This document shows, one piece after another, positions 19,753-28,788 of a stretch of 64,000 nt of DNA. The position numbers were made by a program, and so were the translations under genes. Under the pieces are notes generated by a model. That model was not told the origin of the DNA. It saw nothing but the letters and a program-made list of their open reading frames with translations, and did not search any database. The DNA comes from Candidatus Eiseniibacteriota bacterium (GTDB lineage: Bacteria > Eisenbacteria > RBG-16-71-46 > CAZAMP01). Position 1 is the first letter of the stretch. Every line of letters begins with the position of its first letter. Where the stretch lies: the NCBI GenBank assembly GCA_965224245.1, contig OZ245046.1, forward strand, positions 6,240,001 to 6,304,000. Direction: 5' to 3'.

Positions 19753-19979
19753 CAAACCTCTCCGGTTGGTGTGGGGGGCCAAGTTTCCCCTGTTCGATCC
19801 ACCGACGCAAGTCCGCCACGCCCATCGTTACCGAATGAGTGCTCGCGTCCGGGGCTCCTGCAAGGGCCGTGAGGAGTGATCGAGGCCATCGGGAGAACGG
19901 CACCAATCGCTCGACCGCGCCGACCTACGGGAACGCAGCGTCAACCAGGGCAACGTACATGGACTCTCGGAAGGCACCG

Positions 19980-20250
19980 TCAGAACATCACGACCTTGAG
20001 AACCCGTGACGCCCCCTCGCTCCGCAGGCGAAGGAAGTAGGTCCCCGGGGGTAGTCGGTACCCGCGCTCGTCTCGACCATCCCACGCGACCTCGTGGTGC
20101 CCCGCCTCGTACGGTCCGCGCACGAGCATCGTCACCCGTCGCCCTGTCACGTCGTAGACGCCGAGCTCCGTCTGTCCGGGTCCACCGCCCAGCACGCTCG
20201 AGGCCGCGAACGTGATCTGGAGCACATCGCCGCGAAACGGAAGCGGCGAC
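19980..20250 (-). pseudogene. Orphan FlgD/T9SS-like CTD fragment
   Basis: PLPFRG...GVYDVTGRRV...WDGRDERG...PGTYFLRL...KVVMF*, with no cargo or signal peptide. The upstream side runs into a transposase end. Confidence 0.75.
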
Positions 20251-20306
20251 CGAGTACGACCATCGGCGGGCGGGGTGACGTCGCTCTGGTCTTCGGACAC
20301 GACGGG
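20249..20306 (+). mobile_element. Right end of an rve transposase element (remnant)
   Basis: Ungapped 43/58 nt match to 4826-4883 (EYDHRRAG* vs EFYDWRAA*), ending TTCGGACACGACGGG. Confidence 0.75.
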
Positions 20307-20309
20307 CCT

Positions 20310-20322
20310 CCAGGTGTAGAAT
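20310..20322 (+). promoter_or_regulatory. Candidate sigma70 -10 element
   Basis: CCAGGTG-TAGAAT about 150 nt upstream of 20471. Confidence 0.4.
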
Positions 20323-20470
20323 GCACATTGACGCAAGCCGGGAGGCTGCCAATGCCTGGTTCAACCCCGGTCCGCGACATCGGCGCGCCCAGGTGGTAGC
20401 CGCGAGCTCACCGCTTCCTGTGAGATGGGTGGCCGACTCGGCATGACACCGCACGCTGGAGGCGCAAACC

Positions 20471-22000
20471 ATGTGGCAGTCGACGCGAGCGTCCGTGCAC
20501 GCGGCCCGAGCCCCTCTTGCGCGGATCGCCCTCGCGATGGTGTGCGCCGGGGCCTGCGCACCCGCCGTGAAGGGCGAGGTCTGGATCGTCGCGCCGGATG
20601 GTTCCGGCAATGCACCGACGGTTCAAGCCGCGATCGATCTCGCCACCGACGGCGACGAGATCCTGCTCACGGACGGCGTGTTCACCGGCGACGGCAATCG
20701 TGACGTCGGACTTCGCGGGAAGGTCCTGACGGTTCGATCGGTGTCCGGTGATCCAACCGCTTGCATCCTCGACGTCCAGGGAAGTGCGGGCCAACCACAC
20801 GCCGGATTCTTGATCGACGAGGGAGAGACGACCGCCTCGCTGATCGCCGACATCACGATCCGGGGCGGCCATCACGTCGGGGGTGGCAGTGCCGTCGACT
20901 GTATGAGCGCGGGCATCACGCTGCGCGGGTCGATCTTCGCCGGCAACGAGGTCAACCAGGCGCTCCGGTTCACCAGCTCCAGCACGGTCGTCGAGGACTG
21001 CATCGTCGCCGACAACCACGGCGGTGGCCTGTGGATCGATGGTGGTCATTGTCGCCTCGTCCGGTGCGTCGTTCGTGGCAACCACGCGTTGACCGGTGCC
21101 GGGATCCTCTCCACCGATGCGGATCTGGACGTCGTGGACTGCGACATCATCGAAAACGTGGCCGAGAGCTGGGGTGGGGGAGTAGCGGTGCTGTCGTACT
21201 CCCTGGGGACGGTGCTCGTTCAGGACTCTCGAATCGAGCGCAACACGACCGTCGACTGGAAGGACTTCCTGGGCGGCGCCGGCGTCGTGGCCGTCGGAGC
21301 GGGCGTGCGATTCGAACGCTGCGACATCTCCTCGAACACGAGCGCCGGTCTCGGTGGCGGTGTCTCGCTCATCGGTCCGGGCGTCGTGCTCGAAGCGTGC
21401 CGGATCCAGGGCAATCGCGCCGATCGCGACGACGGCGGAGCGCTGTTGGTTCAAGACCTCTACCTGAGAGGTGGCGAGGCGACGATGGTCGACTGCATCG
21501 TCACCGGCAACCACGCCGCATCCGATGGAGGCGCTGCGCGGGTTTCGGGGCTCCCGCTGTTCGCGTCCGGATGCACGATCGCGTTCAACGAAGCAGGGGA
21601 GAGGGGGGGCGCACTGGCGCTCGATCGTCGCGCCGAGCTCGAGCGCTCGGTGCTCTGGCAGAACTGCGCTCCGGTGGGATCGGAGATCTACGTGATGCCG
21701 ACGAGCGGCGTTCCGGAGATCTCATGCTCGATCGCCGACGCCGGCGGCATCGAGCCAGGCGGCGCGTACCACTTCGAGGATGTCGTCGCGCTCGATCCGA
21801 AGTTCTGTGGCCCCATCGCAGAGTGCGCCACGCCTTCCACCGATGGAGACTTCTCTGTCGCCGTCGACTCGCCGTGCACTCCCGAGCGGAGTCCGTGTGG
21901 CGAGTGGATGGGCGCGCTCCGGGTCGGGTGCGCCGATTCCACGCCGGTTCAGCGGACGTCGTGGGGGAGGCTCAAAGAGGTGCACGCGACGGGCCCGTGA
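20471..22000 (+). CDS. Secreted right-handed parallel beta-helix protein with C-terminal SWGxxK motif
   Basis: GGAGG RBS, signal peptide, DGSGNAPTVQAAID...GDGNRD, N.A..GGG repeats, DPKFC...SPC...MGAL.VGC, TPVQRTSWGRLK. Confidence 0.87.
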   Translation: MWQSTRASVHAARAPLARIALAMVCAGACAPAVKGEVWIVAPDGSGNAPTVQAAIDLATDGDEILLTDGVFTGDGNRDVGLRGKVLTVRSVSGDPTACILDVQGSAGQPHAGFLIDEGETTASLIADITIRGGHHVGGGSAVDCMSAGITLRGSIFAGNEVNQALRFTSSSTVVEDCIVADNHGGGLWIDGGHCRLVRCVVRGNHALTGAGILSTDADLDVVDCDIIENVAESWGGGVAVLSYSLGTVLVQDSRIERNTTVDWKDFLGGAGVVAVGAGVRFERCDISSNTSAGLGGGVSLIGPGVVLEACRIQGNRADRDDGGALLVQDLYLRGGEATMVDCIVTGNHAASDGGAARVSGLPLFASGCTIAFNEAGERGGALALDRRAELERSVLWQNCAPVGSEIYVMPTSGVPEISCSIADAGGIEPGGAYHFEDVVALDPKFCGPIAECATPSTDGDFSVAVDSPCTPERSPCGEWMGALRVGCADSTPVQRTSWGRLKEVHATGP

Positions 22001-22118
22001 ACGGTGTATCGTGGCGAGAGCTCGTGTCTCGCGAGGTCCTTTGGCGGAGAGCCACCGAGTCGGGTCGTCTACGGCGTCGGGTCAGTAGACCGGCAAGACG
22101 TCAACCGGGGCAACGTGA

Positions 22119-22979
22119 ATGAGTTGCTGGCATGGACGGACGGGTCCGCGCGTTTCCGCGAGCCGTGAACTCCATCGTGTGTTCATCATCCTTGGTGCCA
22201 CGATGGCAGCGGTGGCGCTCGACGGGTGCAGCGACGACGTGCCTCCCACGAGCACCGAGGCGCCCGCGACTGACCCACCCGCGGTCAACACACCAGACGA
22301 CGTCGTCAGCGCGTTCCGCCAGGCCTGGAACGGCCGGGATGCGTCGGCCGTGGCATCGGTCCTCGGCGATGGCTTCATCTTTCACCTTTCGCCCACCGAC
22401 ATCGACACCGCCGACGTTCCGCGAAGCTGGGCGCGCAGCACTCACCTCCGCGCCGTGGGCAACATCTTCGCGGGGGAGACGGGTGTACGTCCGGATGGCA
22501 CTCCCCAGCCGTCGGTCGACACGCTGTCCTTCTTCGGACTCACGCTGGTTCCCGATCGTCGCGAGTGGACTCCCGTCGAGGGACCGGGTCTGGATGGGAT
22601 GCTCCGGCGCGACTACCTGAGCGTGATGACCGCAAGCTACACGGACCTGGACTTCGACTTCGTCGAAGGGCGCCAGTCGTTCTACGTGCGCGAGGAGGCG
22701 GATACGGACGCGGAGGGCAACCCGATTCGACGGTACCGACTCCAGGTCTGGAAGGACCTGGGCAGCGACGACAAACGTCTCGGGCGGCGACACCGAGTGC
22801 TCACGTGGGGGTACTTTCTCGCCCTGTATCGCGAGGTTCACGGCGCAGGGTCCGGAGAGTCGACCAGCACGGGACTACTCCCGTCCTGTCCGAGAAGCGG
22901 AACGAGCCCAAACTGCATGACTTACGAGGCTCGCGCCCGGCCGCCGGATGAACGAGTTCATCCATCTCCTGGCCCGTAG
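22119..22979 (+). CDS. Putative lipoprotein (NTF2-like fold?) with TWG...LY motif; start and tail uncertain
   Basis: LGATMAAVALDGC lipobox; TPDDVVSAFRQAWNGRD....VLGDGFIF; WKD...LTWGYFLALYR. The last ~45 aa run into element-end DNA. Confidence 0.65.
   Translation: MSCWHGRTGPRVSASRELHRVFIILGATMAAVALDGCSDDVPPTSTEAPATDPPAVNTPDDVVSAFRQAWNGRDASAVASVLGDGFIFHLSPTDIDTADVPRSWARSTHLRAVGNIFAGETGVRPDGTPQPSVDTLSFFGLTLVPDRREWTPVEGPGLDGMLRRDYLSVMTASYTDLDFDFVEGRQSFYVREEADTDAEGNPIRRYRLQVWKDLGSDDKRLGRRHRVLTWGYFLALYREVHGAGSGESTSTGLLPSCPRSGTSPNCMTYEARARPPDERVHPSPGP
22880..22940 (+). mobile_element. Element terminus (left-end-like) remnant
   Basis: CCCGTCCTGTCCGAGAAGCGGAAC resembles the reverse complement of the 4860-4883 end (CCCGTTGTGTCCGAATACTCGAAC) and aligns with 18423-18475. 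Confidence 0.55.
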
Positions 22980-23077
22980 CCAGGCCGACGGATTCATGCC
23001 AGCATGCTATCCGGTCGCCTCACTCCGCGGAGCACGCGAGGTGAGCGGAGGGAGCACCCCGATGCCACTCGCATCCG

Positions 23078-23112
23078 GACGAGGCCCTCGTCATTCGGAC
23101 GAGGCCCTCGTC
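23078..23112. promoter_or_regulatory. Tandem identical 15-bp palindromes (candidate operator)
   Basis: GACGAGG-C-CCTCGTC at 23078-23092 and 23098-23112, 20-bp period, about 110 nt upstream of the NmrA gene. The repeat is certain; its function is inferred. Confidence 0.5.
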
Positions 23113-23222
23113 GTGGTGATGCACGGCGCCGGGCGGGCGACCATCGGGCGGGGGCTTCGAGAGGACTCGGCGCCGAGTCCCCGCAGAAACGACGACGTCC
23201 AGGGAAGGATCGGAGGATCGCT

Positions 23223-24173
23223 GTGTCCGACAAGAAGATCATCGCCGTTTTCGGAGCCACGGGCGCCCAGGGTGGGGGCCTCGCACGCGCCATCGCCGCA
23301 GACCCCGACGGCCCCTTCGTCGCCCGGGCCATCACGCGCAAGGTCGACTCCGAGAAGGCCGCCGCACTCGCCGGCCTGGGGGTGGAGGTCGTGGCGGGCG
23401 ACGCCGACGACCCGGAGAGTCTCGAGCGTGCCCTGGCGGGAGCCTACGGGGCGTTCTGCGTCACGAACTTCTGGGAGCACTTCTCCGCCGAGCGGGAAGG
23501 CGCACAGGCGACGGCGATGGCTCGCGCCACGCGGAAGGCCGGCGTGCAACACGTCGTCTGGTCCACGCTCGAGGACACACGCAGCCGGGTGCCCCTCGAC
23601 GACGCACGGATGCCCACGTTGCAGGGTACGTACAACGTGCCGCACTTCGACTCCAAGGGGTCCGTGGATCACGTCTTCGCCGAGGAGGCGGCGCCGACGA
23701 CGTACCTGCTCGCAGCCTTCTACTGGGAGAACTTCATCTACTTCGGCATGGGACCGCGGAAAGGTTCCGGGGATGAGCTGACCCTGTCCTTGCCGCTGGG
23801 GGGCGCGAAGCTTCCGGGGATCGCGTCCGAGGACATCGGTCGTTGCGCCCACGGTGTGTTCCGTCGTGGCACGGACACGGTCGGCCAGCGGTTCGGCGTT
23901 GCCGGAGACGTCCTGTCCGGCGAGGAGATGGCGGAGAAGATGACGCGCGTGCTCGGGCGAACGGTCCGGTTTCAGGACGTGCCCTTCGACGTGTACCGGG
24001 GCCTCGGCTTCCCGGGGGCCGAGGACCTCGGCAACATGTTTCAGTTCCAGGCCATTCTCGGCGACGAGTTTCTTCGCAGCCGGGATCCCGAGGTCGCGCG
24101 GTCCCTCAACCCCCGTATACTGGATCTGGATGCCTGGCTCGCCGCCAATGCGGCTCGCATCCCGATCGAATGA
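23223..24173 (+). CDS. NmrA/HSCARG-family NAD(P)-binding protein
   Basis: GGAGG then GTG 23223; IAVFGATGAQGG, AFCVTNFWE, VVWSTLE, VPHFDSKG, FPGAEDLGNMF. Confidence 0.93.
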   Translation: MSDKKIIAVFGATGAQGGGLARAIAADPDGPFVARAITRKVDSEKAAALAGLGVEVVAGDADDPESLERALAGAYGAFCVTNFWEHFSAEREGAQATAMARATRKAGVQHVVWSTLEDTRSRVPLDDARMPTLQGTYNVPHFDSKGSVDHVFAEEAAPTTYLLAAFYWENFIYFGMGPRKGSGDELTLSLPLGGAKLPGIASEDIGRCAHGVFRRGTDTVGQRFGVAGDVLSGEEMAEKMTRVLGRTVRFQDVPFDVYRGLGFPGAEDLGNMFQFQAILGDEFLRSRDPEVARSLNPRILDLDAWLAANAARIPIE

Positions 24174-24333
24174 CACCGCACGGCCGCTGTCTCGGCGAGC
24201 GTCGAGGCGCCCGGGGGGCGCCTCGATCGCAGTGGTTGCGGCGGATCGCCCACGGTCATCGATTCCTGATGCAACGCTTCGTCCGTGATGTGCTCGACGC
24301 GTCAGATCGCGAGATCGCCACGCACCTGCACCC

Positions 24334-25509
24334 CTATGGGAGCTGCGGCTCGGGATCGAGCTCCAGCACCATGGCCGCCTCCGGGGCGCCGGAGAGTACG
24401 TACATCCGGCCGTCATCCCCGAACGTGAGACCTCGCCAGAACACGGCATCGTCGGGGACGTCGTACGTCGCCACGACCTTCCCGGTGCTCGGGTCGATCT
24501 GGCAGAGGATCTGCGTGGCGAGGAACATGGCCGCCCACAGGTGCGTGCCGTCGTACGCGAGGCCCAGGACACCCCGATCGAATGGCAGGATCCGGTCGAT
24601 CTGATCAGGCTCGGACTCGGTGTCCAGACTCAGCAGAAAGCGCCGCTCGTTCCGGAGTCCTTGCAGCCACAGCCGCTCGGCGTCCTCCTGCCACGCGCCG
24701 CCTCCCAAGATGGCCATCGGGAAGCCGAGGTCGGCCAGATCGAACTCGTCGAACGTCGAGACCAGATCGCTTCGACTCCCCCTGGTTGCGGCTCCGGCGC
24801 GCAGCCGCAACCAGAACGACTGTGGTGCGGGTGCGTTCTGCACGGCCATGATGTAGGTGGGCTCCATCCCGGGGATCGGGTCCAGGAGTGTCTCCGTCTC
24901 CAGGTCGAAGCGCTCGATGCGATTGCCTCGGGAGGGATAGAGCAGATCACCGTCGAAGAAGACGAGAACGTCCTCGATCGCCTCCGGTTCGGGGAGCCCG
25001 TCGAACCGCCGGACGACCGGCAGCGGCGGTGTATCGAGCTCCGGCGGGATGACGTTGTGCCGCGAGAGGAGCGCGACGTTTCCGGCTTCGTCCGCGATCG
25101 TGAGCTCGTCGCGCTCGATGATCACCATCGGGAAGACGCCGGCGCGTCCGGCATCCGCCACGAGCTGGGGCTCACGCGCGAGATCGAGAACCATCTGGCT
25201 CCCATCGTAGACACAGAACGCGCGCAGCCGGTTGACGGCGCCGAGAAGCCGATCGCGCACGAAGACGTGCCCGCGACCGTCCTCGGGGAACTCGAACGCG
25301 GTGACCTCCACGTCGAGCTCGAGCCCGGGTAGCACGTATCCCTTGTCGAGCACCCAGGTGCCCAGGATCGCGGGGTCGGTCGTTCCGATGCGAATGTCGA
25401 CCGGTTCGGCCGGCTCGGGCTCGTGGTAGTACACGTTCTCGACCGCTTCGCATCCAACGAGGATCAGCAGGACGCTCGCGCACGCGGCATTCGGACCAGA
25501 GAGCTTCAT
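24334..25509 (-). CDS. Putative lipoprotein with C-terminal beta-propeller-like repeats
   Basis: AAGGA RBS; LLILVGC lipobox; ILGTW motif; GLAYDGTHLW...IDPSTGKVV...GLTF. Confidence 0.7.
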   Translation of the reverse strand: MKLSGPNAACASVLLILVGCEAVENVYYHEPEPAEPVDIRIGTTDPAILGTWVLDKGYVLPGLELDVEVTAFEFPEDGRGHVFVRDRLLGAVNRLRAFCVYDGSQMVLDLAREPQLVADAGRAGVFPMVIIERDELTIADEAGNVALLSRHNVIPPELDTPPLPVVRRFDGLPEPEAIEDVLVFFDGDLLYPSRGNRIERFDLETETLLDPIPGMEPTYIMAVQNAPAPQSFWLRLRAGAATRGSRSDLVSTFDEFDLADLGFPMAILGGGAWQEDAERLWLQGLRNERRFLLSLDTESEPDQIDRILPFDRGVLGLAYDGTHLWAAMFLATQILCQIDPSTGKVVATYDVPDDAVFWRGLTFGDDGRMYVLSGAPEAAMVLELDPEPQLP

Positions 25510-25847
25510 GTTCCTTCACCTCTTTCCAGTTGGCGCCGGGTTCACGTTCCGTAACCGAGAAGACGGGGCCTCGGACCGGAACCGCACATCTGATCTCCAC
25601 GGGGTGAGGGTCGCGCCAGGCAACGAGAGCCGAGCGGCGCGCCAAGGTGAGCGGGTACAGCAGCTTGCCCGAGTTCGCACGCGTTCGGACCGGGTGCTCG
25701 GGTGGGACGGGAGACGTGACCCGTGCCGTGGCCTTCTCCTTCGGGGACTCCATGGGCTGCTGAGGTACCATTGCCGGACGTCGACGCGATGGCCCGTTCG
25801 GGCTCGAAGGAGTCTGCTGACCACACGCGCAGAAGAGGTCGTGTTAC

Positions 25848-27032
25848 ATGCGATCACACACGGCCGGGGTGACACTTCTGATCTTGGCGCTGGCGGCTTG
25901 GCCCGGCGCGGGCGTCGCCCGCGTCTGGGACGTGCCGGGAGACGCGCCGACCATCCAGGCCGGGGTGGACTCCGCCCAGGCAGGGGACGAGGTCCGAATC
26001 CGGCACGGCGAGTACGACGAGCACGACATTGCCGTGGACAAGGCCATCCACGTCCGTTCCGTCGACGGGGCCGGCGTCACGCTGGTAGACGCGGGGCGGG
26101 CTGGCAGCGGCTTCCTCGTCGAGGACATCGACGGCACGTGCATCATCGAAGGGCTCGGGATTCGCCTCGGCCGCGCCGGGAGTGCAAGCTACGGATACGG
26201 TGGAGGTGTGTACGTCCGCAACGCCACGTTCACGATGCGCGCCTGCACGATCGTCGATTGCGAGGCTTCGGACGGCGGAGGTCTCGTCGCGTTCGACTCC
26301 TCGGTTCTACTCGAGGACTGTCGGATCGAGAGCAACGAAGCCGGCGTGGGAGGCGGGGTGCTCGCGTCTCCATACGACACGGGTTTCTCGCGCCTCGTCA
26401 TGCGGCGCTGCGAGGTGCTCGCGAACGACGCGTTTCCGGGGCTCTGTTGCGCCTCGGGGGGTGGCGTCCTCGCCATCGGCGAGGTCCAGCTTCTCGACTG
26501 CGTGCTGGCTGGCAACCGGACCGGCTACTACGGTGCAGGAGCCGCGCTTGGGGTCTCCGGCGATGCAGTCGTGTCGGGGTGCACGATCGCGGGAAACGAG
26601 GGACTCTGGGACCCGGAGGACAGCATCATCGAGGTCTTCTCCGGCCGCCTTCGACTCGAACGTACGATTCTCGCCTTCAACACCGGTCGCCCGATGAGCT
26701 GCTCATTCCAGTCGAATGTGACCGTGACATGCTCGAACCTCTTCGCGAACACGGCCGGCGATGCGTTCTGCGGAACGGACGGTGGGGACAACTTCTCCGC
26801 GGATCCCGAGTTTTGCGATGCCGAGGCCGGCGAGTACGACCTGTTTGGTTCGTCGCCATGCCTGCCGGGGCAGCACCCCGACGGGGCCGACTGTGGCCGC
26901 GTGGGCGCGCTCGGCATGGGCTGTGGCCGCACGCCGACCGAGACATCGAGCTGGTCGGGGCTCAAGGGGCGTTACCGCCCGAGTGCGGCGAGCACTCGGG
27001 GAGTCGACTTCCCCGTAGGATCAGGAGAGTGA
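25848..27032 (+). CDS. Secreted right-handed parallel beta-helix protein with C-terminal SWxxLK motif (paralog of 20471)
   Basis: Signal peptide, VPGDAPTIQAGVD, GGG repeats, NFSADPEFC...SPCLPG.HP..CG.VGA...GC, TPTETSSWSGLKGRYR. Confidence 0.87.
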   Translation: MRSHTAGVTLLILALAAWPGAGVARVWDVPGDAPTIQAGVDSAQAGDEVRIRHGEYDEHDIAVDKAIHVRSVDGAGVTLVDAGRAGSGFLVEDIDGTCIIEGLGIRLGRAGSASYGYGGGVYVRNATFTMRACTIVDCEASDGGGLVAFDSSVLLEDCRIESNEAGVGGGVLASPYDTGFSRLVMRRCEVLANDAFPGLCCASGGGVLAIGEVQLLDCVLAGNRTGYYGAGAALGVSGDAVVSGCTIAGNEGLWDPEDSIIEVFSGRLRLERTILAFNTGRPMSCSFQSNVTVTCSNLFANTAGDAFCGTDGGDNFSADPEFCDAEAGEYDLFGSSPCLPGQHPDGADCGRVGALGMGCGRTPTETSSWSGLKGRYRPSAASTRGVDFPVGSGE

Positions 27033-27143
27033 ACGCGAGCTGCAACGTGACTCCGTTCTCCAGCTTCGCTGGGAGGCGAAGCGAGACTCGCCTGATGTCT
27101 GCGTACCAAAGAGGTCCCGTGTGAAACACCCAGGGAGGCTCAA

Positions 27144-27533
27144 TTGGAGAAAGCCGACGCTTCCGTCAGATCGGCGATCGAGGCGACGATTCGCGACTAC
27201 ATCGAGGGCTGGTACGAGGGGGACGCGTCACGGATGGACCGGGCACTGCACGATGATCTGGCCAAGCGAATGCCGACAGCCGATGGTGAGACCACGCCCC
27301 TCCGACTCCGCAGCGTCACGAAGGCACGCATGCTGGAGTTGACGACGTCCGGCGGCGGAAGGACGCCGGGAGCGGCCTACGAGATCGTGGTTCATCATGT
27401 GTCCGACGGTATGGCGAGTGCTCGGCTTCATTCGAACGAGTACTTGGACTATCTCCAGCTCGTCGAGACCACCGCCGGCTGGAGAATCGCCAACATCTTG
27501 TTCCGCCCACGTCGGCGGGACGTTGCGCCGTGA
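27144..27533 (+). CDS. NTF2-like / lumazine-binding-2 family protein
   Basis: GGGAGG then TTG; DYIEGWYEGDASRMDRALHDDLAKR...YLDYLQL....GWRIANIL. Confidence 0.82.
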   Translation: MEKADASVRSAIEATIRDYIEGWYEGDASRMDRALHDDLAKRMPTADGETTPLRLRSVTKARMLELTTSGGGRTPGAAYEIVVHHVSDGMASARLHSNEYLDYLQLVETTAGWRIANILFRPRRRDVAP

Positions 27534-28267
27534 AGAGGCCGCGACGTCCTGCGCATGCGAGTCACGCCGTAACGCTGCTTGATGGCGGCCCAGGTCACCT
27601 CTCGTGTGGGTGTCGAGGGGAATCGGTACAGGACGATCGCAAGATCCCGCTCGACGCCGACCACCTCTTCGGCCGAAACCCAATCGTCGAAGCCGAAGAA
27701 CGCCGAGCGAAACGTCCCTGGGTTGTGGGAGATGACGTCGGTCATCTGCCAGAACCACTGAGGCGAGACGCAGAGCTCGGCCTGTACCGAGATCCAGTAT
27801 CGCGTGCCGACCTCGGTGTCGATGGGGATCGGCAGGTCGAGGCAGTAGCCGAACTGCGCCGCATCGTCGTCGTACGTCTCTTCGTACTCGGCGGTGGACT
27901 GCTCGAGAATCAGAGCACCGGGGAAGCCCCCGGCGTCGGCGAACAGGCGGACGTGGAACTCGTCGGGGGGGACGAACGCTCCGCACTGCTCGGTGCCCCA
28001 GAAGCCGATGGCGCTGATCGTACCGCCGGACCCCACGATGTCGTCGGCCGATTCGGTGAAGAAGGGGTAGCAGACGTCATCCTGAGACGAGAGCCCGTTG
28101 GCGTTGGGGAGCTGCTCGTAGAAGACCTCCCCCAGGCATGCGTAGGGATCGCGTACGGCGGCAGTGGTGTGGTCGCCGTCGAACGCAACGGGGATGCAGT
28201 CGCCGGCCAGGGAGCTCTGAGCGAAGACGAGGCCGACGGCTGCGTATACGGCGGGGCTCTCTCTCAT
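27449..28267 (-). CDS. Secreted beta-sandwich protein with TWxxIK motif; native stop possibly lost
   Basis: GGAGAC then ATG 28267; signal peptide; ADD.....TI..I.FWG...GTRYWISVQA; TPTREVTWAAIKQRYG, then an atypical tail overlapping the convergent gene by 85 nt. Confidence 0.75.
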   Translation of the reverse strand: MRESPAVYAAVGLVFAQSSLAGDCIPVAFDGDHTTAAVRDPYACLGEVFYEQLPNANGLSSQDDVCYPFFTESADDIVGSGGTISAIGFWGTEQCGAFVPPDEFHVRLFADAGGFPGALILEQSTAEYEETYDDDAAQFGYCLDLPIPIDTEVGTRYWISVQAELCVSPQWFWQMTDVISHNPGTFRSAFFGFDDWVSAEEVVGVERDLAIVLYRFPSTPTREVTWAAIKQRYGVTRMRRTSRPLHGATSRRRGRNKMLAILQPAVVSTSWR

Positions 28268-28678
28268 CGTCGAGTCTCCGTGGGGTGCTGCTCGACTCGT
28301 CGCATGAGCGAGATCATCCATCTTCCGCTCTCGCTCGCGGCGTTCTCGGCCCGAACTGGACGTCGCGAGGCGCGGTCATCGTGTACCTGATCGTGACGGC
28401 CGCAAGATGCTCCAGCCGATCGTGACGGGTCGGATGATACGACGAGGTTCTCGGCATGGGGTAGTCTCGGCGCGTGCCAGGACCCTAACGCTCATTCGAT
28501 CGCAGTCGATCGTCCGGAGGTCGCGGATCGAGGACCGAGGTCGACTCCCCCGAACTTCCACGCCACGGAGCCCTGCTCCCCCCACTCGGATGGAGGGATG
28601 TGAGGCACCCGAGCAGGGTCTTTTTCAACCGCGTTCATCGTACCCAAAGACGAGGTTCTGACTATGTTCTCGATCTTG

Positions 28679-28684
28679 TAGAAT
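28679..28684 (+). promoter_or_regulatory. Candidate sigma70 -10 element
   Basis: TAGAAT in an AT-richer patch about 105 nt upstream of 28789. Confidence 0.35.
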
Positions 28685-28788
28685 ACCCGTCGCCGTTCCG
28701 GTGATGGCAAAGCCCCTGCGCTTCCCGGCGCGTCCGGGCGTCATCGGTCGATCGCAGAAACGGCCAATCGACGGACGCGGAGAGAACC

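Noticed and set aside
23004-23222. 73-aa N-terminal extension of NmrA in the ORF track
   Set aside because: Arg-rich and non-homologous; the RBS and family start point to GTG 23223.
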